DNA from: the human T2T-CHM13v2.0 reference genome, Homo sapiens
Direction: 5' to 3' (one strand)
DNA: 64,000 nt
Assembly: GCF_009914755.1 (NCBI RefSeq)
Contig: NC_060926.1
Shown here: positions 13,370 to 27,569 of the stretch, piece after piece
Layout: each line of letters begins with the position of its first letter
Position numbering within the stretch: position 1 is the first letter of the stretch
The notes under the pieces: generated by a model
What the model was told of the DNA's origin: nothing
Seen by the model: only the letters and a program-made list of their open reading frames with translations
Databases searched by the model: none
Made by a program: the position numbers and the translations under genes

Positions 13370-13765
13370 TGTTATGGGCCAAATTGTGTTCACCCCACCA
13401 AATTCATATGTTGAAGTCCTAACCCCCATTATCTCAGAATGTGACCATCTTTAAACATAAGTCTTTATAGGGGTAACTAAATTAAAATGAGATCACTATG
13501 GAGAGCCAGTATTCAGTATGACTGGTATCCTTGCGATAAGAAGAAGACATTTGGACACAGGCACAGACAGGAGATGACCATCTACTAGCCAAGGACAGAG
13601 GAATGGAACAGATCTTTCTCTCAAAGCTCTCAGAAGGAACCAACCCTGTTGACACTTTCACCTGAGACTTCTAGCCTCCAGTACTGTGAGAAAATAATCT
13701 TTTATTATTTAAGCCACTCCATCTAAGGTACTTTTTTTTTTTAACACAGCCTTAGCAAACTAAAA
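13370..13765 (+). mobile_element. MaLR solo LTR, MLT1A/B-like
   Basis: tgttatgg...aaattcatatgttgaagtcctaacccc start, gaaggaaccaaccctg...cttctagcctccag internal, gccttagcaaactaa end. Confidence 0.85.
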
Positions 13766-14288
13766 GCCAATCAATGGAAATGTATTCAGCAATCAACTAC
13801 ATGGAAGTTCTAGACTGTAAAGAAAATACAAAGAAGGCTTCAAGAGATGAGGATAGCTGATACTGATATAAAAATGAGATAATAAAAGGGAAGACTAGAT
13901 AGTGGGGAATAGAAGAGAACCAACATTTCTGGAATATCTAGAGATGGCACCCATCCACCAGGTGTTTAACATGAGTAACTCAATGCAGAACACACCAGCT
14001 GGAGTGTACCAGAGGGTCCCAATAATAGCTGTGAGTACCTGATTTCTCTTAGTCTTCTCTCCCACAAAAGTACAGCAATCTTTGTTAAAAATCTCTCTCT
14101 TCTATTTCCTCGACAAAGAAAGAAGATCTGGGGTGGGGAGTGAGGTGACTGCCTGTATTTACCCTTGCAGACCTCATGATTTCCATATGGAAGCATCTTC
14201 CAAGTCATGGGGATTTCAGTCATCATAACCTGGATGACTCTCTTTTTTGATGTACAAAGTGTCTCAGAGGCTCTCTCATTTTCCAATA

Positions 14289-14585
14289 CACTTATGTGTT
14301 GCTTAATGATGGGGATATATTCTGAGAAATGCATACTTAGGTGATTTTGTCATTGTGCAAATATCACAAAATGTACTTACACAAACCTAGATAGTAGAGC
14401 TTCTTGCTCCTACGCTACAAACCTGTACAGCATGTTACTGTGCTGAATATTGCAGGCAATCGTAAGTATTTGTGTATCTAAACATAGAAAAGATACAGTA
14501 AAAAAGTGGTATTATAATCTTCTAGAATCACTGTTGTATGTGCAGTCTGTTGTTGGCCAAAATGTTGTTATGCAGCACAAGAGTG
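14289..14585. mobile_element. Tigger3a/MER7A-like TcMar MITE
   Basis: ggggatatattctgagaaatgc, cttacacaaacctagat and ctacaaacctgtacagcatgttactgt motifs. Decayed TIRs flanked by TA TSDs. Confidence 0.85.
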
Positions 14586-15054
14586 TAATTGAAAATGTTT
14601 CCCTTTGGTCACGGAGCTGTTCCTCCATTCACTTCTGAGTTTACCCCACAAAGACCATTTCAACAGAAAACGTAGGTATCACCCTTCACTACCATGGTGG
14701 TTTAGATTCCCTCCTGACAAATCCATTTACACTACAGTAGAGATGCACTCTGGATTCAACTGTAGGACTCCACACATTGTTAAATTATCTTAATCTTCCC
14801 CACAGCCCTCTAAGAAAGTTATTATTAAGTCTCTTTTATAGGAAAGATCAATATCATATTTTAGAAAAATAGCCAAGTCTGGATTTGAACCCAGGATTCT
14901 GAATTTCCATCCCCGATCATGCCCCCACTCCCTTTAAGGATCAAAAGTGGTGGAATCCTGGGCATTTAAATGAGTGTAAACTTTTGGGACCCATGGTAAT
15001 ATTTGAGTCGAAGAGAATTCTGATCTAATCTCATAAAGAAATGGGAGTGAACCT

Positions 15055-15220
15055 CTTTCTAATTGAGAATCACCTGAGGAACTTTGAAAACACAGATGCC
15101 CAGGGTTGCCTTTCCAGACATTGGTTTCAGCTGCTCTGAAGTGAGAACAAGTATCAGTATTTTTAGAAGCTCCCTGGACAATTGTATTATACTATACAGC
15201 CAGGTTGAAAAGTACTGCTA
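15055..15220. mobile_element. MER5-type MITE
   Basis: gaatcacctgaggaacttt...aaacacagatgccc and cagccaggttgaaaagtactg. Confidence 0.65.
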
Positions 15221-17320
15221 TGAATAGTAGCTGTATATTGTTGAGAAAATAAAAGGTAAAAATGGGGAATATATGCTATTAGGATTTCAAAGCAAATTAA
15301 TAGAACCATTAATACTTAGCTAAAGAGTTTCTATTAATTTAATAGAAATATGCAAAGAAGCAAAAGAGAAATCAACATAAAACCGATCATTTTTTCCCTT
15401 CAAGAATGTATAGACATTATTATTATTAATCTTTTTAAAGTTGTTTGGTGGGATACCAATTGGTTAAAATGGGAAAAAAAATACTTAGAGAATCAAAACC
15501 CAGATATGTATGTTCCATGAATTGCCAAAGTGTATATCTTTCTTTATATAAATTTAACTTCTGTAGAAATAATTAAAAACCTCTTGCTGAGAATCTTTTC
15601 CGAGCTTATTTTAAGGTCCTTTATCGGGCAACAGTTCATCCTGCTGTCCAGCACTTTCTCATTGTCCCTTAACCAGACTGTTACTATAATGCTTTTCTGA
15701 GTACTAAATGCTTTCTTTTTTCCTTGGGCTTAAAAATTGAAGTCATGGTTTTACTATTTGAAAAATCCAAAATTCAAGCTGAACACGGATGTTAGTTACA
15801 CTGCCATGTTTAAACACTTTTTGATAGAAAATGCTTTATTGTCACTGATTCAAAGCCACAAACATGCTTTGAGTCCAATTCAATATATTTCTTATTTGTT
15901 TCTGATTTTCGTTTTTTCCTTTTAATTATTATTAGAAGGTATAAATTTCCAAAAAAGCTTGGCCTTGACAAGGCTCCATTATTTGCACATGACAAGGTTT
16001 ATCAAAAACAGTTGGATTTTTCTAAGGAGTCTTTTATGTTTCCTCCATAAAATATAAATAAATGAAAAGGATTAGACTGAGGAAACGGAGTATAATTCAT
16101 CACCAATGTGAAACACAGTCAACAGGTTGCAGATGGATGAACTGTAGAACTTGGGATACTGCTCCAGGCAAGAAAATGCTCTTGCCCATGCCAACATCAC
16201 CGGCATCTTTAACTACAGTAAAGGAGCAGGGCCGATTTTGTGGTTTGTGATGTCATCTTAATTTATTAGCCTTCTTTTGTTTTTTAGTGTTTGGTATATA
16301 ACTCTAAAGTTGGGTTTGACTCCTGAAAATCTATCATATTCTCAACTATATTTGATTCTAAGCTATACTTAAGGCTCCTCTCCCCATTCCTCCTCTTCTC
16401 TTTCTCTCTCTCTCTCTCCAAACAGAAAAATAAAACAATACAAAAACACACAAAGGCATTTACCACTGCAAAGACAGTGGTTTATTAACAGACTTTGCAT
16501 TTCCAAACAAATAGTTAGCAATTTAAAAAAAATCATTTTTATGCGTATAAATGCAACATTGCTCTACTCTTACAAAATCAAATATTTTAGCTAGTTTGAC
16601 CTAAAACGTAAAATTACTTTGGCTTCTATATCTGGCTCTAATTTTGTCTGCACTGTGCCTATGCAGTCTCATTCGTGGTGAAATAGAAATTCATGGCACA
16701 ATTTCTCCCTAAAATCTGTCTGAACTTGCAGAAATAAGAGACTTTTCAAGTTCCATATTCTTTCCCTGAACTTCCATTCCTATCTAATAATAATAGAGTG
16801 CTTTATAGCATATAAATCACACTTCTGTTTAAAAGTCACCTTCCCTGTGACCTTTTTGTCTCTGCCTGTCAGCACGCATTCTTCTAGTAATAATAAGCCC
16901 TAGCCAGGAATAAGTGCCCAAAATTAGACTGATTCCAGGAACCGCCCATATGAAGGCTGGAATATAGCTCATTTTGAAGTTAAATAACTTAACAGCTTTC
17001 CCCAAAAGTAGACAGGAACTGGATGTGTCATTTTAAACAGAGAAAAGTTTACCAATTTTTGAAAAGGAGAAAAAGAAAATATGCCAATAAGTTTGCAGTT
17101 TGAGAAATCCCTCTAAAAATGATAATCTAAACACATTCACACCATCATCTGTTAAAGCAGAATTAGGAGTTTCTTTTTAATTCTAGGCCAGTTCTTAGAA
17201 GCCACAAGAAATTGGAAACTTTGTCTGTTATCCTTTTAACCTAGCATTCTTTGGATCTCATAATTCTTCAAAATTTAAAATAATATACCATTATGATTCA
17301 TTTTAGCAGAACAAATTTAC

Positions 17321-17433
17321 TTTATGTTTTAGAAAGGGTGGGGGTTGCTGTGTTGTCCAGGCTGGAATCCAGTGGCTATTCACAGGCACCATCCCACTAC
17401 TGACCAGAACGGGAGTTCTGACCTGCTCTATTT
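17321..17433 (-). pseudogene. 5'-truncated 7SL (SRP RNA) retrocopy
   Basis: cagtggctattcacaggcaccatcccactactgaccagaacgggagttctgacctgctc matches the antisense of the 7SL 3' ~100 nt, including S-domain sequence absent from Alu. T-rich tail at 17321-17330. Confidence 0.85.
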
Positions 17434-18230
17434 GTGTGTATGTGTATTAACCTTCATTTACAAAGCTTCAGTACAAACACCATAAGCACACAATTTTCTG
17501 GTTTTAATATTTTCCCAATAAAATAATCCCACTTAATGGCTATAACAACGTATCATTTGCTTAGGGAAAAAAGAAGGATATAAGATTGAGTCTTGAGAGG
17601 GGAAGCCCCAGAAAGATTTTAAACCGACTAACTGGTAATAGAGGGGCATTTTGTTCTCTTTTCAAGCAAATAATTTCATTTTAAATCTCTGGTGTAAATT
17701 TATACAAACCTTACTTTGGAGTGAATCATAATGAAAAAGCAGCTTTCTTCCATTAGATCAATAATTATCCAACCTATTTTGCATTCAAAGTTGACTTTTA
17801 ACTGTGAGAAAATTGCTTTTACCTAAATACACAGTTAGCGAGGCAAAGGAGACCAGCTGTGCAGTGGCCCAAAATATTAATTACTTCCTTACTATTTAAG
17901 CTGTTTGGACAGTCCTGTCCAGAAAGAAATAAAGGAGGAACATGGGCTGTCCCCAAGATCACAGAATCATAAAACATCAGCCCTATCACATGTCTTGGAG
18001 ATTATCCACAATAGCATTTCCCAGCATGCATCAGGGGATATAAATAGTACCCTAGGAAGAGGGTGTCTCAGTCAAGGATTTGGGGATGCTGAGCACGCTG
18101 TATCTCCTCTAGATATTCACTTTCTGCACTAACACATAATGGACACTGAGAACAGCGAGTTGTTTCCAGGGAAAGCAGCCCAAGTACCTGTGTGAAATCT
18201 AGCGTTTCCTGCATTTAATTGTTCATTGTG

Positions 18231-18552
<322 letters not shown>

Positions 18553-19887
18553 TCATTGTGCACACTCCTGTCTCTTCTATACTTAATTTCCTGGGAACAA
18601 TGTTCTTAGGACACTAATTTGAAACTCATTGTTTAAGAATAATAGAACAAAGTCCAGAGAAGCAAAATACCAGCCCCGAGATCTCATAGAGATCAATGCT
18701 AGAACCCCAGCCTCTAACGCTCACACATTTTTGCTGGACACCTTCAAAGAAGAGACGAATTTACATACTATCTGTACACAGATGAGTTCTTTGCTTGTGA
18801 CCAGCCCATATGCTTGTTTTTATTCAGTGAGATGTTTTCATGAGAGACAACTTTCTAGGTCCGCAGGAGCCACAGGCCACATGAATGATCATGGCAGTTA
18901 TGGAAACATAACCTTTCAATAACATCCTATCCAATCACACACAAAGACACATGGCTATATACACGGGTAAGATGAGTGCAATAGAACATAAAAGAGTCAT
19001 ACTCATATGTGAAGGACCTGCCTTTAATAAATATCACCCTAACATCTGGTTCACTGGCTAAGTCCCCCTGAGTATCTTCAAGTGGACCCGGAATCTCACG
19101 CTCTTCCCCCGGAGTTTATGAAGGTTCAGGAAGCACACAGCGAGAGAAGGTTTCTTTCTTCTTCTCTTACTCACATCTGTGTACAACTTTGATTTCTCTC
19201 AAATAAAAGTGGATGAGTTCACAAGTCAACCCTATTGCTCAAAGCATAGTAGAGTATGGAGATCTGGAGATACTGACTGCTCTGGCTTGGGATGGGTCTG
19301 TGAGCCAAAGTTCAAAAGGGACTGTTAATGGATTAGAAGAACCCTTAATGGTAAGCAGAGGGAAACTGCCAACAATTGCAGGGCTCTGCTCCTCCCCACT
19401 GTCCTGTCTGCTCCAATCAGCCCCATCAGTCCTATCAGCAACTTTCATCACAGCTGAGTCCTTTGAATGGCCACAGTGGGCCAGGTGGGAGATGGGCCAG
19501 GCTCTGGAGATTCTTCAGAATTGAGTTTAAAAGGAGGATGAATTGGCAGGTGGCAGTTGAATTATAGAGTCCTACTCTCTTGTTCATGTCAGCAGCAAGC
19601 TATTCTTCTTTGTCTCAGAGACAAACTGCAGGCCCCAGGCCTATCAAAAACAGTGACATAGAACCATAAAGATCTCGGTGGAGGAAAAAGAAACAATGCT
19701 TCTTTTCCTTATGGAAGTGATTGCTGATCAAATCACCCTGTTTAAATACCAAGGCAAAACAACACAGAGGCAAAAACTTCTCTGCATCCTTAATCATTTG
19801 TGGGACTGTTTCTCTTCAACACTAGCCCTACATTTCTGCAGGATGTGGTACTTTTCTTTATTATTTTCCCTTTAAGTCAAACTCTGG

Positions 19888-20055
19888 TGCAGGGCCTCTC
19901 AGAGTTTAGTGTGCATACAAATCACCTTGAGATCTTGTTAATATACAGATTCTGAGTCAAGAAGCCTGGACTGGGGCCTGAGATGCTGCATTTCTGTCAA
20001 GCTCCCAGGTGATACTGTTGCTACTGGTCCACCACCATATTTTGATAGTCAAGGC
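19888..20055. mobile_element. MER5A
   Basis: aatcaccttgagatcttgttaa...cagattctga...ggggcctgagatgctgcatttct...aagctcccaggtgat. Confidence 0.8.
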
Positions 20056-20336
20056 TCCAGTATATTTCAAGCATGGCTGAGTCACTGCAATTGTTAGCAT
20101 TACATGTTCACAAGCCAGTCACTCAGCAGTAGATTGAATTCCCAAATAGCTGTTTTGAGTCGGTATTAAAAGTAGAGATGGTGACTCTTTTTTCTAAAGT
20201 AAAAAGAATGTTACTGAGGATAATTGAATAAAATGAGGACATTTTCAATCAGTCATTTCCTTCGATTTATCATTATAGCTCATGAGCTTCAAAACGGAAA
20301 ATGAATGATAATGAATATGAATCGAGTGTCACTTAC

Positions 20337-20352
20337 CTGAACTTTTACTCTC
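20337..20352 (-). other. Candidate 16-nt microexon GAGAGTAAAAGTTCAG of an unidentified minus-strand host gene
   Basis: Minus strand reads ctgcatttgtttttacag|GAGAGTAAAAGTTCAG|gtaagt. UGC lies 15-17 nt upstream and four TCAT motifs lie just downstream. Confidence 0.55.
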
Positions 20353-20884
20353 CTGTAAAAACAAATGCAGATATTATACCCCAAGGGCACCTCAGAACTC
20401 TTCTCTGTAAACCTCACCTTTGCCAGACAGGGCCAAATATCAGAAGGGAAATTAGGTCAACATTTGAATGAGTTTTGTATATTTTTGAAATTTGATCCAT
20501 TTTTATTCACTTTGGGCAATATAAAGGTCAAACTCTGCACTTGAAAAAATGCATTTTAATCATGATGACTTATCCCAGCCAGTCATCCTGGAAATGTATT
20601 CCAAGGTGCTCAGTCAATTTTTTCCTTTTGAACAACTAACCACGATTTTCAGAAAACAAAATGCATCTGGCTGATTAAGTCACTGAATCAGCCAGAAGCT
20701 TCTAACTTGTGTAACAGAGAATAGGAATGGTGATGAAAAGCCTCGGAACTGCTAAAGATCTGTGATGAATATGGCCTTTGTCATCTACAAGAAATAGCAT
20801 AAGACCCAAGGTATCCCCCATGTGTGCAAGAATGAACTTAATGATTCAAATCCAAGATAACTTTCATGACCCACTTTCATGCTG

Positions 20885-21194
20885 TTTTTTCTTTTTCTTT
20901 TTTTTTTTCCCTTGAGATAGGGTCTCACTCTGTCACCCAGGCTGGAGTGCAGTGGCAAGATCACAGCTCACTGTAGCCTGGCCCTCTTGGGCTCAGGCAA
21001 TCTTCTCACCTCAGCCTTCTGAGTAGCTGGGGTCACAGGTGTGCGTTATTACACCCAGATAATTTTTTAAAATTATTTTTTGCAGAGACAGGGTCTCACT
21101 ATGTTGTTCAGGTTGGTCTCAAACTCCTGGGCTCAAGCAATCCTCCCATCGTAGCTTCCCGAAGTGCTGCAATTACAAGCATAAGCCACTGTGT
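20885..21194 (-). mobile_element. AluJ
   Basis: Poly-T, then gagatagggtctcactctg, gatcacagctcactgtagcc and ctcctgggctcaagcaatcctccc. Confidence 0.92.
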
Positions 21195-21515
21195 TTTGAT
21201 CATCGTCATCGTATGTGGGATCAATTGTTCCTTTCTACTATTCTACATTTATAAGTTGAGTTGGTATACGCTTTCTGCCTTTGTCTGTAGATTGAAAGCT
21301 GCTTGCTTTCAATCTCATTTTGAGATTGCTCAGAGAGTCTGTCATAGAATCTTACATAAAGGCCCAGTCACTGTTTATTGAATAGAAAAGCTTATCCCAA
21401 AGATGATATTAAGAACAATATTTCCTGGTTTGGTTATAGAGGAAAATGACATTTGAGGTTAACTAAATATAAAACAAGATAAATCATAAACAATATTCTT
21501 TACATAAATTTCTGA

Positions 21516-21899
<384 letters not shown>

Positions 21900-24800
21900 T
21901 GAGAAACCATTCAAAAGGAGGAGAGGGAGTTGTAGGATGAGGTTCTTCCTATGAAAGAAGAATAGCAGAGAGAAAACTTACAGTTTGTTTGGGGGCCTTG
22001 CGTACTTTAAAACTAGGCTGGTGGACTTGGAGAAAGCTGTACTGACGATGATTTCTGCGTATACAATTAGAAGAGATGGTGGCTTTACTTTTGATTTTCA
22101 TTATCATGTTTATTCAAATGATAGAGACAATTATATAGTGAGAAAGGTAAAAACACCTATGACTTTGTTCCCTTGTTTTCCTTCAATACTGATCCAAATA
22201 CAAGAGTCTCATTGTTAGCAATGTGAGCTCTGTTTAAAAGTCAAAATTAGTTCAATTATAAAAATTGCATGATGAGCATTGGATTTCAACATAGTACAGT
22301 AGGCTTTGTTTTAATCGAGAAGTAACATTAATCACGTGAGAGTATTTTAAACAAAAATGTTTGTGTAAGTTCTTACCTCCTTTTCTCTCATCTACTCTGC
22401 TATGTCAACCAATTCCCCACCTGCCCTCCTAACTTTGATTATGCCCTTTAGTCCTTTTACTCTTCCCTTCTCCTCTCCTCTCCCACTCCTTCCTTCTCCC
22501 TTGTTGTCAAATCATCTTTTTATTTCAGGAAGGACCTCAAGTCATGAAGTCAAGTTGGGATTACTTTACTGTAGAACTTTCCTTGGAGTCCCAATGTAGA
22601 GACATAAATTTTAATGACATTTAAGAGAGATTTAGATAAAGGTGATAATTAATGGAAGGAGCAGTACCAAATGCTATCAATTAAGTTTATTATCTTGAGC
22701 ACTTAAAACTACTTCTTGTGTTTGCATTTGCAGAACATTGCAGAGAAGTGAAGCCAATATCCCTTCTCTTCTGTCGGTAGATTTGTTGCAGTTTATCAAC
22801 ACACACACACACACAGATAGAATCCAACAGTTCCAATAATGTGTTCCTCATTTGTTTATGTTGGATACACTCTTTGTTTTTCCTGTATCTGGGGACTAGC
22901 GTTTATATTTGTTCATTCTCAGGCTTTATTCCATTCCTAATGCCACTGACAATTTAATGAAGGATTAATCTGCTATATGCATAAAATTTATTTAATTCAC
23001 TACTAAAAGAAAGCACTTAGCTTAATATAATTTTAAGTTAGTCTTTTGAATTAGAACACAGTTTAAAATTCTTTACTTTTCCTAATATTTTTCATAACTT
23101 TGGAGGTGTTTGACATGGATAGAGAAGACAAGTGTCATGAATAATTCAAAACTCCTAAAATATTCAAAACAAACAAACAAACATTCAAATGATCCACAGG
23201 CTAGATATCCTTAAAGAAAGTTACTTCTTAGTAAAGTAATACTTCAGTGCTATAAAATCCTTCCTTCTAGGGACATAAAAAGTTATTAAAAAACTAGGTC
23301 TACATTTTTAAGGTGTGAAGTTGGCATCCTAAGAATTGATTTTATTTTACACTGGATTATTAATGTAGCCTACTTTTATCTGAGACAGTGTTTCAGTATA
23401 AATTGACTAATGACATCATCATTAACTTGGTTTTTATTTAATCTTCTCAATATGTTAGTTTTTGTAGGGTAAAGGCTATAGGACAGAAACTTGTTAGTGT
23501 CAGAATCCACTGATGTTCTTTTGCTGACAAAACATCATAAATTTCTCTTGATATTGGGATAAACTGTGTTCCTCTTTATACTTTGTCTTTTCCCTCTCAG
23601 TCTGGAGAGGATAAACAGCTGTCATTACTACAGATTTATGATATTAGGCTTTATAAAACATGCCTTGGGAAAAAGCTCATTGAAAAGTCTCTGTGAAGCA
23701 GTAAAGTTTTGCTGTGATTCTTGAGTGTAAACCAAAAAACAAGATAGTTTACTACCAAGCTCAGTTGAAAGCCACTGCAGTTTTGTTGGTTCTCCCTTTC
23801 AATAATTCTGTAAAGCTCATATTCATATCAAAATTGAAAAACAAAGCTCATTAAGATCCTTACACGTATATTACCGTAGAGGTTGTGCTGAATAACTTAT
23901 TTAGGTCACTGCCATATTTATTGCACCACTGAAAACCTGGCATTTGTAAATATTTCTTATTTTTATGGGGTGATTATAGGGTGCTATGCCTTACACAAAA
24001 TTCTCTTACAAGATTTTTTCTATTCATTGGCTAATACGTAAAGTGTTTGGCATCCTTACTTTTGTTTCAAAAATCAAAAGATCAAAATAAAGTAAAAAGG
24101 GAACACAAGGACATTTCCAAGCTAATAATATACTCAAAATGTAGGTTGCTGTGCTCTTTTAATACCAAAGTTGACTAAATTCTCTTAAAACTGATGGGAT
24201 CCCCAGTCTCTGAAGTGAAAGAACAAGCCCATCAAACAGTCTGAATTCACTCAAGTTAAAATTTGGTTAAAATATGAAGGATTACATACCATCTACTGCA
24301 AAACGCAGCCTGGGATTTCAATAACTACAAATTCAATCTAAGTCTTGACCTCATTTCAAAGACAAAATTTCTACGGTCATAGTCTTGAAACCTGAGTGGA
24401 GAGTTCAGAATAGCCAGCATAATAATAACGTTTTAGCAACTGAATATATTCTATGATATGGGCCAAGCATAGATCAGGCCAAAATTTATCTATCACATGT
24501 TCTATTTCTTTTAAAGAACTATATTTATGGGCATTGCTTATTTAAAATATCTTTCTTTTGCTGAGCTTGTAGTCATGGAATGTACTTTCCTTGTTGTTTC
24601 TATACCTCCTGATTATGTATTCATTTTTCATTTGTTCACCACATTTACTGTGAGGATGCCATGTGCTCGGCCCTTCTCAGCCTCAGTGTGAAGAGGAAGT
24701 GCCCAATCAGGATTTGAAGTGAAATCCAAAAGGGCCAAAACAAAAACAAAAAACACCTAACAGAAAGAGAATGCCTTGCACTAAAAACTGCATTCACATT

Positions 24801-24961
24801 TAAATTTTCACTGAATTGACACCACAGCTCCTCATATTTACCTTCTTCTCACCCTCCACATCCCCTTGGAGAAATGGTCCATTTTTCAAGTGCTTGCATT
24901 TTTAATAAGGCTGCTCAAAGATGAATAATAATAATTTTTAAAAATGCTGATGAAGAATCAA

Positions 24962-25783
24962 GTATCAATCAGTATTCCACAGGGAAACAGCCACTCAAAT
25001 GGAGTAATTGAAGAGAGCTTAGTGAAGGAACTGTTTATGAAGGGGCTGGGCTCCAAGACATGAAAAGGAAAGGTGCAACTAACACTGGGAAGCAACACCA
25101 GGAAGCACATGGTAGAGGCCTGAAGAGGGAAGTGAGGGATAGAGGGTTACTGAGGTCTGGAGAGGCTAGAGCTATGTTTGAGAAGAGATGCCTGACAGAA
25201 AGTTTTGGCCTTGGCTAAAGGAACACAGCCATTGTCAATTGAACCCACAGCAAGGCAGAGAAGAAGCTCAAGAAATAAATACTTCCGTTCCTTGATATTC
25301 CTGCAGGCTTTCTTTCTTTTCTTTTCTTATTTATTTATTTATTTATTGAGATAGGGTCTCACTCTGTTGCCCAGGTTGTGGGTGCACTGGCTTGATCTTG
25401 GCTCACTGCATCCTCCACCTCCCAGGCTGAAGCAATCCTCCTACCTCAGCCTCCCAAGTAGCTGGGACTACAAGCATGCACCACTGTGCCCAGCTAATTT
25501 TTGTATATTTTTGTAAAGGTGGGGTTTTGCCATGTTGTCCAGGCTAGTCTCGAACTCCTGGACTCAAACAATCAGCCCACTTTGGCCTCCCCAAACTGTT
25601 GGGATTAGAGGCGTGAGCCACTGCACCCAGTCACCTACAGGCTTTCAACTAACCAATGCCAACCAGAAGCCAGAGGGCAAGGGCACCCCATTAGTGCAGT
25701 CCATGGACATTAGTCTCCCAAGGTCCAGAGCAGAGTGGAGAAGAGGAAAGAATTGATCTGGAAGGGTAAAGGCTATCCAACAC
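24962..25783 (-). mobile_element. ERVL solo LTR, LTR33-like, interrupted by an AluJ
   Basis: gtatcaatcag...gggaaacagccactcaaatggagtaattgaagagag at one end and ccaaccagaagccagagggcaaggg...gatctggaaggg...atccaacaca at the other. Confidence 0.7.
25309..25632 (-). mobile_element. AluJ
   Basis: J-type antisense Alu with (tttc)/(ttta) tail. Imperfect TSD cct(g/a)caggcttt. Confidence 0.92.
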
Positions 25784-25802
25784 ATATAAAAATAAAAATT
25801 CT

Positions 25803-26055
25803 TATCCACAATAGGCAAATCCATTGAGAAGGAAAGCAGATTAGTAGTTGCCATGGGATGGGGCAGGGGACAATGATCAGTGACTGCTAAATGGGTAGAG
25901 GGTTTCCTTTTGGGGTAATAAAAAAGTTCTGGAACTAGATAGCAGTGGTGGCTACACAACATTGTGAGTGTACTTAATGCCAGTGAATTGTACATGTTAA
26001 AATAATGGAAACAGTAAATTTTATGTTACCTGCATTTTACCACAATAAAAAATAA
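25803..26055 (+). mobile_element. L1MB-type 3' end
   Basis: ggcaaatccat...gaaagcagattagtagttgcc...gttctggaactagatag...ttttaccacaataaaaa. Confidence 0.8.
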
Positions 26056-26959
26056 TGATTCCTATACAACAATTTAGGGAAAAAAATGGTGAATCCTTCT
26101 GTCTCAGATGTAAGGGGCAATTATATTTAATGTTTGTCTCAAAAGTTGAAAATGAAAATCATTTACGTAGACAATTAAATCCAATGAATAAAATGCTGAT
26201 TAAACTGACATAAACCTAACAACAATCCTGTTGACTTGATTAAAAACATTTGCAAATTTGTGCAAGCTTTATGCAAAGTTTATGTACACATTTTAAACAC
26301 AGACATTTAGCTTAAGAAAATAGCTGTATTTTATAATATGTACCTTCTCTGCTTTTTCTTTGGTGGCAAACAAGTTTATATCACTGAAGTTTCTCTTAAG
26401 TCTTAGAATTCAGTAGCTGGTTCCAATGTGGGAATAGAGAAATTAAAAGTATTGGAGAACTGAGCTCCAATTTACATGAACTCAATTGCGGTTTAAAACA
26501 ACTAAATAGAAGTACCGAAGGATAAGACTTTTTATGGCTCACATGAGGAAACGATTCCAAACCACTGTTTTCTCTAACAAGGAATTCCTTCAGTGTATTT
26601 TGGAAACAATTCTATAAATGTCAGTATGTTTTATGCTAATTCTTCATATACAATGCATTAATTTTATAGGGACTTAAATCACTAGGGTTTATTATTCCTT
26701 TTACATTGTATGCTTCTTTGAGAAGAAACATGACTCCTTGATTTATCTTTATACAGTGCTTTAATTGTCTAATGGTATTGGGTTTTTAATAATGGGTCAG
26801 ATTCCCTTTGAATCAAGTTTGATGATAATTTTTGAATGGCACCAAAACTCAGACCTCCCGTTTGGGTATGTATACCTTCCTAAGATTAGCGGTGTCCTCT
26901 TGATTGGGGGATGGTTATAAATAGCTTTTAAGGTGATTTCCAGGCCTAACATTCTATTA

Positions 26960-27120
26960 TTGACTTATAACTGCACTTTAAAGGCTTAAACACACACAAT
27001 CCCATTGAATCCTCAAGATACTTCCATTGGCAGGCAAGTATTTTCCTTGTTTTGTAGATGAGGAAACTAAGGCTTAGAGAGATTATGTTACTTTCTCAAG
27101 AGTAACTCAAGATTCACAGT
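26960..27120 (-). mobile_element. MIR
   Basis: ttttgtagatgaggaaactaaggcttagagaga. Confidence 0.75.
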
Positions 27121-27569
27121 TAGTTTTCATTCTAAATAGTTTCATTCTAAAACTATTCTAATAGTTTTCATTCTAAAACTATTACACCATCAAATCTGGA
27201 GTTATATCCTGAGCAGATGAATATGCTTTCTCTACTTGTATTTCAATGGAGATAAGCCTAATATATCTTAAAGTTTTCTTATAAATAAGCTTTATACTCT
27301 GGATCAAAGGATTAGTTTCATCTAATTTATTGCATTCATTTAAAGGAGACTAGTAAGTATGAGTTCAGTTTTGCCAGCCTATGTAAAGAAAAACAAACAT
27401 TGACTTCAATGAATTATAAAAGCTACAATCCTCTAACAGTGTTTATATTAAAATGATTCATTGTTTGTTAATAAAGGCAAAAATAAGAATTAACCACTGC
27501 TTAGATTTTAAATATGTCCTTTAAATGTTATCTCATTTTCTCTTTTACAAAACATTCCTATTGTTTTCA

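Noticed and set aside
19166-19524. Overlapping ORFs on both strands and a minus-strand gtgagtaag donor, as a possible alternative first exon
   Set aside because: No CpG island, no recognisable protein and no independent support.
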